Part shown: positions 58,013 through 64,000 of the stretch, piece by piece
How the letters are laid out: each line of letters starts with the position of its first letter
Numbering within the stretch: position 1 is the first letter of the stretch
Source: Octopus sinensis
Taxonomy: Eukaryota
Length of the DNA: 64,000 bases
NCBI RefSeq assembly: GCF_006345805.1
Contig: NC_042999.1
Location: forward strand, 9,672,001 to 9,736,000
Direction: 5' to 3'
The notes under the pieces: model-generated
Told to the model about the DNA's origin: nothing
Seen by the model: only the letters and a program-made list of their open reading frames with translations
The model's database searches: none
Position numbers and translations under genes: made by a program

Positions 58013-58884
58013 ATCCCGTCAAGGTTAAATTTCCATTTTACAGTTTTGATGTCAATAAGGTAAGAAACAGTCAAACACTAAAACCAATTAAATTGACTAA
58101 CCCCGCCCTCACTCCATGATGTCTCTCAAGGTACATAGCTTAGTGGTTAGGGCATTCGGCTCACGATCATAAAATCGTGAGTTCAATTCCCAGCGACGTA
58201 TTGTGTCCTTGAGCAAGAAACTTTATTTCATGTTGCTCCAGTCCACTCAGCTGGCAAAAATAAGTTGTACCTGGATTTCAAAGGGCCGGCCTTGTCAAAC
58301 TCTGTGTCACTCTGAATCTCCCTCAGAACTACATTAAGGGTACACGTGTCTGTGGAGTGCTCAGCCACTTGCATGTTAATAAATGAGCAGGCTGTTCTGT
58401 TGATCGGATCAGCTGGGACCTTCGTCGTCGCAACCGACAGAGTGCTTCTATTGTGCAGGTGCAATGGCCCAGTGGTTAGGGCAGCGGACTCGCAGTCATA
58501 GGATCGCGGTTTCGGTTCCAGGTGTCGTGAGTGTTTATTGAGCGAAAACACCTAAAGCTCTGCAAGGCTCCAGCAGGTGGGGGTGACGAACCCTGCTGTG
58601 CTCTTTCACCACACCTTTCTCTCACTCTTTCTTCCTCTTTCTGTTGCACCTGTATTTCAAAGGAGCCAGCCTTGTCACACTCTGTGTAACGCTGAATCTC
58701 CTCCGAAAACTACGTTAAGGGTACACGTGTCTGTGGAGTGCTCAACCACTTGCACGTTAATTTCACGAGCAGGCTGTTCCGTTGATTGGATTGCCCCATC
58801 AGATTGGAGCCTGGAGCGGCATCCCGACTTGCCAGCCTTCAGTCAAACCGCTCAGGCTAGCAAAAGAAAGAAAATGAATTAAAA

Positions 58885-58932
<48 letters not shown>

Positions 58933-59431
58933 ATACCCATACAAAATTCTGGTGCATCTAAATTAAGTACCATATTCATTTGAATCTAAATTGTTGCTGA
59001 TCTTATATATATATATACTAGCAGTATCGCCCAGCGTTGCTCGGGTTTTTAAGGGAAATAACTATATAAGCATTTTTAGAGAGTTATTGCCAAAAAATTA
59101 GTAAAAAATGCATTAAAAATGGGAAAAAAATGATGGTAAATTGTTTTTAAAATCGTTGACTCATCGTAGACATTTTTAGAGAGTTACTTCCCTTATATAA
59201 TAGCGAAAAAATGCATTAAAATGGAAAAAATTATGGTAATTTTTTTTTTTAATCGTAGACTCATCATAGACGCGCGCTAATACCCAGACGGGCTCGATAT
59301 GAATCACGACTATAAGATACCCGGTTTTGGTTAAACTGCACCGCAAAATGTGGGAGTAGTTAGGAATCTAAATCGTAGGAGACAGACAGACACACAACCT
59401 CTCTTTTATATATAAAGAAGATATATATATA

Positions 59432-59474
<43 letters not shown>

Positions 59475-59684
59475 CACAATTTCCTTCTACTAAATTCTCT
59501 TTGAAGGCATTGGCTGGCCCGGAATTATAGTAGAAGACATTTGCCGAAGGTTCTACACAGTGAGACTGAACCCAGAACTATGCAGCAGCAAAGCGGGCTT
59601 CTTTACCACACAGCCATGGCTGCACCTGATTCAGTAAAACTTAAAGGAAACTGTGACAAAATATATTCTGGCGCCTGTTCAGAA

Positions 59685-59729
<45 letters not shown>

Positions 59730-60358
59730 ATCTATCTATCTATCTCCAATCGCCCCCTATATTCTTGGAGAAATGTATTTCAAGATTTCAATTATTTAAT
59801 GCTTCATGACTTCAAGAAACTAAAAAATTTGTGTGAAATATTTCAATCACTTCATCGCGAACGAGACACTCTCATATTCTTCTGTTTTGAGGTTTTCTTT
59901 ATTCGTAGTTAAAATAAAGGAATATTGAAGACAAGCATAAAAGTGGAGACGTAGTAAAGAACCCAAACAGCTGTACATTTTGGTTAGATTCCAATTCTGC
60001 GAACCAAACCAAATTTCTTGCCTTCTCTTTAATTCCGATGACTTTATAGGGGAGACGACTCTTGTATAGCTTTCTAAGTTAGTTTTCAGCGATACAAGCG
60101 GCCTTAACTTCATAGCACCACGGCGTTTGTTTACTCTTTTACTTGTTTCAGTCATTTGACTGCGGCCATGCTGGATCACCGCCTTTAGTCGAGCAAATCG
60201 ACCCCGGGACTTATTCTTTTGTAAGCCTAGTACTTATTCTATCGGTCTTTTTTGCCGAACCGCTAAGTTACGGGGACGTAAACACACCAGCATCGGTTGT
60301 CAAGCAATGCTAGGGGGAACAAACACAGACACACAAACACATACACACGCATACATAC

Positions 60359-60434
<76 letters not shown>

Positions 60435-60565
60435 GTATGTATGTATATATATGTATGTATGTATGTATATATGTATGTATGTATATATATATATATATGT
60501 ATGTATATATATATGTATGTATATATATATATGTATGTGTATATATATATATGTGTGTGTGTGTG

Positions 60566-60600
<35 letters not shown>

Positions 60601-62218
60601 ATGTATATATATGAATTATGTATTTGTGTGTCTGTGTTTGTCTCCCAACCATTGATTGACAACTGGTATTGGTGTGTTTGCATCCCTCTAACTTAGCTGT
60701 TCAGCAAAAGAGACTGATAAAATAAGTTCTAGGCCTGCAAAGGAATAAGTCCTGGGTTCGATTTCTTCAACTAAAAAACAAGTAAAAGAATAAAAGAAAA
60801 TGTGGTGGGTGGGTGGGTTCATAGAAACTGTGATGGTCTGAGAGGGGTTTTGGACTGATGTGGGACGTGTATGGAGAGGGTGTTGTGACGGTTCTTGGAA
60901 ATGGCATGAAAATGGTAGGTGTTAGCTAGGAGACAGGTTGAGTGGTGACTTCAGTGAGTGAGATGTCTATGGAAGGAGTTTGAGGAAACTGGAAGTTAAA
61001 GGGGTTTGTTGTATATATGAATTCGATGTCTGGCGTCCGTGCGAGCGGGGTGCAAAGAGCACCATACGAGTGTGATCGTTGACAGAGCGGTTGATCGGCT
61101 TCTGTGCCAGTGGCACTTAAAGGGCACCATTCGAGCGTGATCGTTAGCAGCGTCACCTTACTGGCACTTGTGCCTGTGCGAGTAGGGTGCCAAGAGCACC
61201 ATCCGAGCGTGATCGTTGCCAGAGCAGCCAACTGGCTTCCGTACCTGTGGCATGTAAAAGGGCACCATTCAAGCATGATCGTTACCAGCGTCACCTTACT
61301 TGCACCTGTGCCGGTGGCATGTGTAAAAAGATTTGAGCGAGGTCATTGCCAGTACCGCCTGACTGGCCCCGTGCCGGTGGCATGTAAAAAGCACCCAATA
61401 CACTCTCGGAGTGGTTGGCATTAGGAAGGGCATCCAGCTGTAGAAACTCTGCCAAATCAAGATTGGAGCCTGGTGCGGCCATCTGGTTCGCCAGCCCTCA
61501 GTCAAAATCGTCCAACCCATGCTAGCATGGAAAGCAGACATTAAACGATGATGATGATGATGATGATGAATTGTGCCAGGATTTATGGGAGTACAACATG
61601 GGTAATGATTCAGTAGAGTGACGGAGAAGGGCGAAAGGGTGTGCTGGAACGGAAATGAGATTGGTTTGGTGGATGTGTAGAGTATCAGTGAGTGGGGGGT
61701 GGGGGCAGATGAATTGAATTGCTTGGAATCATGGGAAAAGAACAAGAACTGAATTTTGAGAAGAGAAATGGGATGAGGTGGTTGAGTCATGCGCTGAGGA
61801 AAGATAAAAGAAGGGGTTAAATGGAAGGGAAGCAGAGTGGGATGATGTTAAGGGTACAACACAATGGAGAAGCCTGTCATGAACCCTGCAAGGTTAACCC
61901 CCTTATTTTAGCTAGGAAAGTTAATTTGAAATGCTTGTTGTTATTGTTGTTAGTATCTCAAAAACAGGATTTCAAATGTTGAATATGTCCTTTTGTTTGA
62001 GGAAGGGCACCTATAAGGATCCATTTGTTAATTCCCTAATTAGAATGTATGTCTGTGTTGTTTCAAAGACAGGCAACATTGGGAACACCTTAACGACACA
62101 CCTGAAGAATTATTTTCAAATTTGTTTTATTTTAATATATGTTTGTTTAATTTTGTACTTCATTATTTTTTTTTTTTTGCTTATTTTTGCTTTTTTCTAC
62201 AGATACTAAAGAATTGAA

Positions 62219-62396
62219 ATGGCAAACCCATATTCTATGATACCTCAGCCTCCACCGCCACCACCACCACTTCCCACATCTTTCCACAATGGTAACCAAG
62301 TGCAATGTTCTCCCTCATTTTCCAGCATCAGTGATGGTGAAAACAACCAGGACACGTCCCCGCAATCTAAAGTTTCCTGTTTTAAAACCCATTCTT
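62219..62396 (+). CDS. First coding exon of an unidentified gene (Pro-rich N-terminus); continues beyond the window
   Basis: Strong polypyrimidine acceptor (AG at 62201-62202), in-frame upstream TAA, gaaATGG context, MANPYSMIPQPPPPPPPLPTSF..., and GTAAGT donor at 62397 (phase 1). Confidence 0.7.
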
Positions 62397-64000
62397 GTAA
62401 GTTCACCTAATTAATTGTTAATTATATTGGTTAAATTGAGAAGGAACCAGACTAAATAAATGGTTGGGCCACATCACTCTGTAAGGAGCCTAGGGTCAAT
62501 TTCCCAGTTTCTCTAACGTATATACATGTTCCTCCCTGGACAGGACACTGGTCCATCACAAGGTTCCTCATTCTGACCAGATGAGTGGACTGCAGCAATG
62601 TGAAATGAAGTGTCTTGTTCAAGGAGACAATGCATCACTCAGTCCTAGAATTGAAACCACAATCTTACAACCATGAGTTCAACACCCTAACCGCTAAGTT
62701 GTGGGCTCCATAGGTTAAATCCAGAGCAGCCAACTGGCCTCCATGCCAGTGGCATGTAAAAGGGCACCATTCAAGCGTGATCGTTTCCAGCGTCACCTTA
62801 CTGGCACCTGTGCCGGTGGCATGTGTAAAAAGATTCGAGCAAGGTCATTGCCAGTACCGCCTGACTGGCCCTGTGCTGGTGGCACGTAAAAAGCACCCAC
62901 TACACTCTCGGAGTGGTTGGCATTAGGAAGGGCATCCAGCAATAGAAACTCTGCCAAATCAAGATTGAAGCCTGGTGCAGCCATCTGGTTCACCAGCCCT
63001 CAGTCAAAATCGTCCAACCCGTGCTTGCATAAAAGTGGACATTAAACGATGATGATGATGATGAAATGTCTTACTATATTTCATCTCATCTCTCTTAGGT
63101 TTGGTTTCAAATTCTCCTTGAGATAGACGTAGTCTTCCCCCTTCTTGGGGCTCAATATATTACAGTATTTCACTGGAATGTAATATTCTTTTGCCAACAT
63201 CTTTCTTAGCCTGGTTCGAAAATATGACATCATTATTTTAGAAAGTTTTTTTTCACCAAATTTCTATTAGTCATCAATTTTCTAAATATTTAAATGGTTT
63301 GAATGATCCTAAATTTTAATTTTAATCATCAATCTTTTGTATCATTAACCTTGCTTTGTAAGTCATCATAATTCATTATTGTTTTACCTGTAACTTCATC
63401 ATTAGCCTCTTTTTCTTAATTACTATTGGCTTGGCTGTGTGGTTAAGAAACTTGCTTTAGAACCACATGGTTTCGGATTCTGTCCTGCTGTGTGGCACTT
63501 TGAGCAAGTGCCTTCTGCTATAGCCCCAGGCAACCAAAGCCTCGTCAGTGGATTTGGTAGACAGAAACTGAAAGTAGTCCAACATTTATATGTATATATA
63601 TCCGTGTGTGTGTGTGTGTGTGCTTCTGTCTATTAATTACTTGGTTAATCTCAGTTGATTAGTGAACCCTTCAAGTATTTGTATCAGAGGTGTGTGTGTG
63701 TGTGTGTGTGTATAAGCACAAGAATGGCTGAGTGGCTAACCACATGGTTTGGGGTTCAATCCCATTCTCTAGCACCTTGGGCAAGTGTCTTCTATAGCTT
63801 CAAGCTGACAAAGCCTTGTGAATAGATTTGGTAGACAGAAACTGAAAGAAGACCCAATGTGCATGTGTGTGCCTTTGTGTCCCCTTGTCTTGACATCATG
63901 TGATGGTTGTAAATGAGTGCCACTGTCATACAAGCAGTGTCATTCATTTCTAAAATTCTGTGAAAAACATGTCTGGCCCTGGAGGGGAAATATAATCTTG

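Overview
Repeat-rich, AT-rich eukaryotic (metazoan) genomic DNA, most likely an octopus or other coleoid cephalopod; this is inferred from the SINE families and microsatellite load, not proven. Two host genes are supported. (i) A minus-strand mitochondrial transcription termination factor (mTERF family): a large coding exon at 44275-45402 and a candidate 15-nt first coding exon at 55889-55903. (ii) A head-to-head plus-strand gene of unknown identity, with candidate 5'UTR exons near 56.0-56.5 kb and a first coding exon at 62219-62396. The rest is mostly decayed transposons (Tx1/L1-like, CR1-like, RTE, R4/Dong and Penelope retroelements; hAT, mariner, Helitron, piggyBac- and MULE-like DNA elements; three tRNA-like SINE families), microsatellites and two near-identical 1.4-1.6 kb tandem duplications. 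The most notable unannotated signal is a divergent tandem array of ~330-bp units at ~25.0-26.3 kb. Each unit carries a type I hammerhead ribozyme on the minus strand, which is the architecture of a non-LTR retrozyme. Several solitary Penelope-type hammerheads with palindromic stem III also occur elsewhere in the window.
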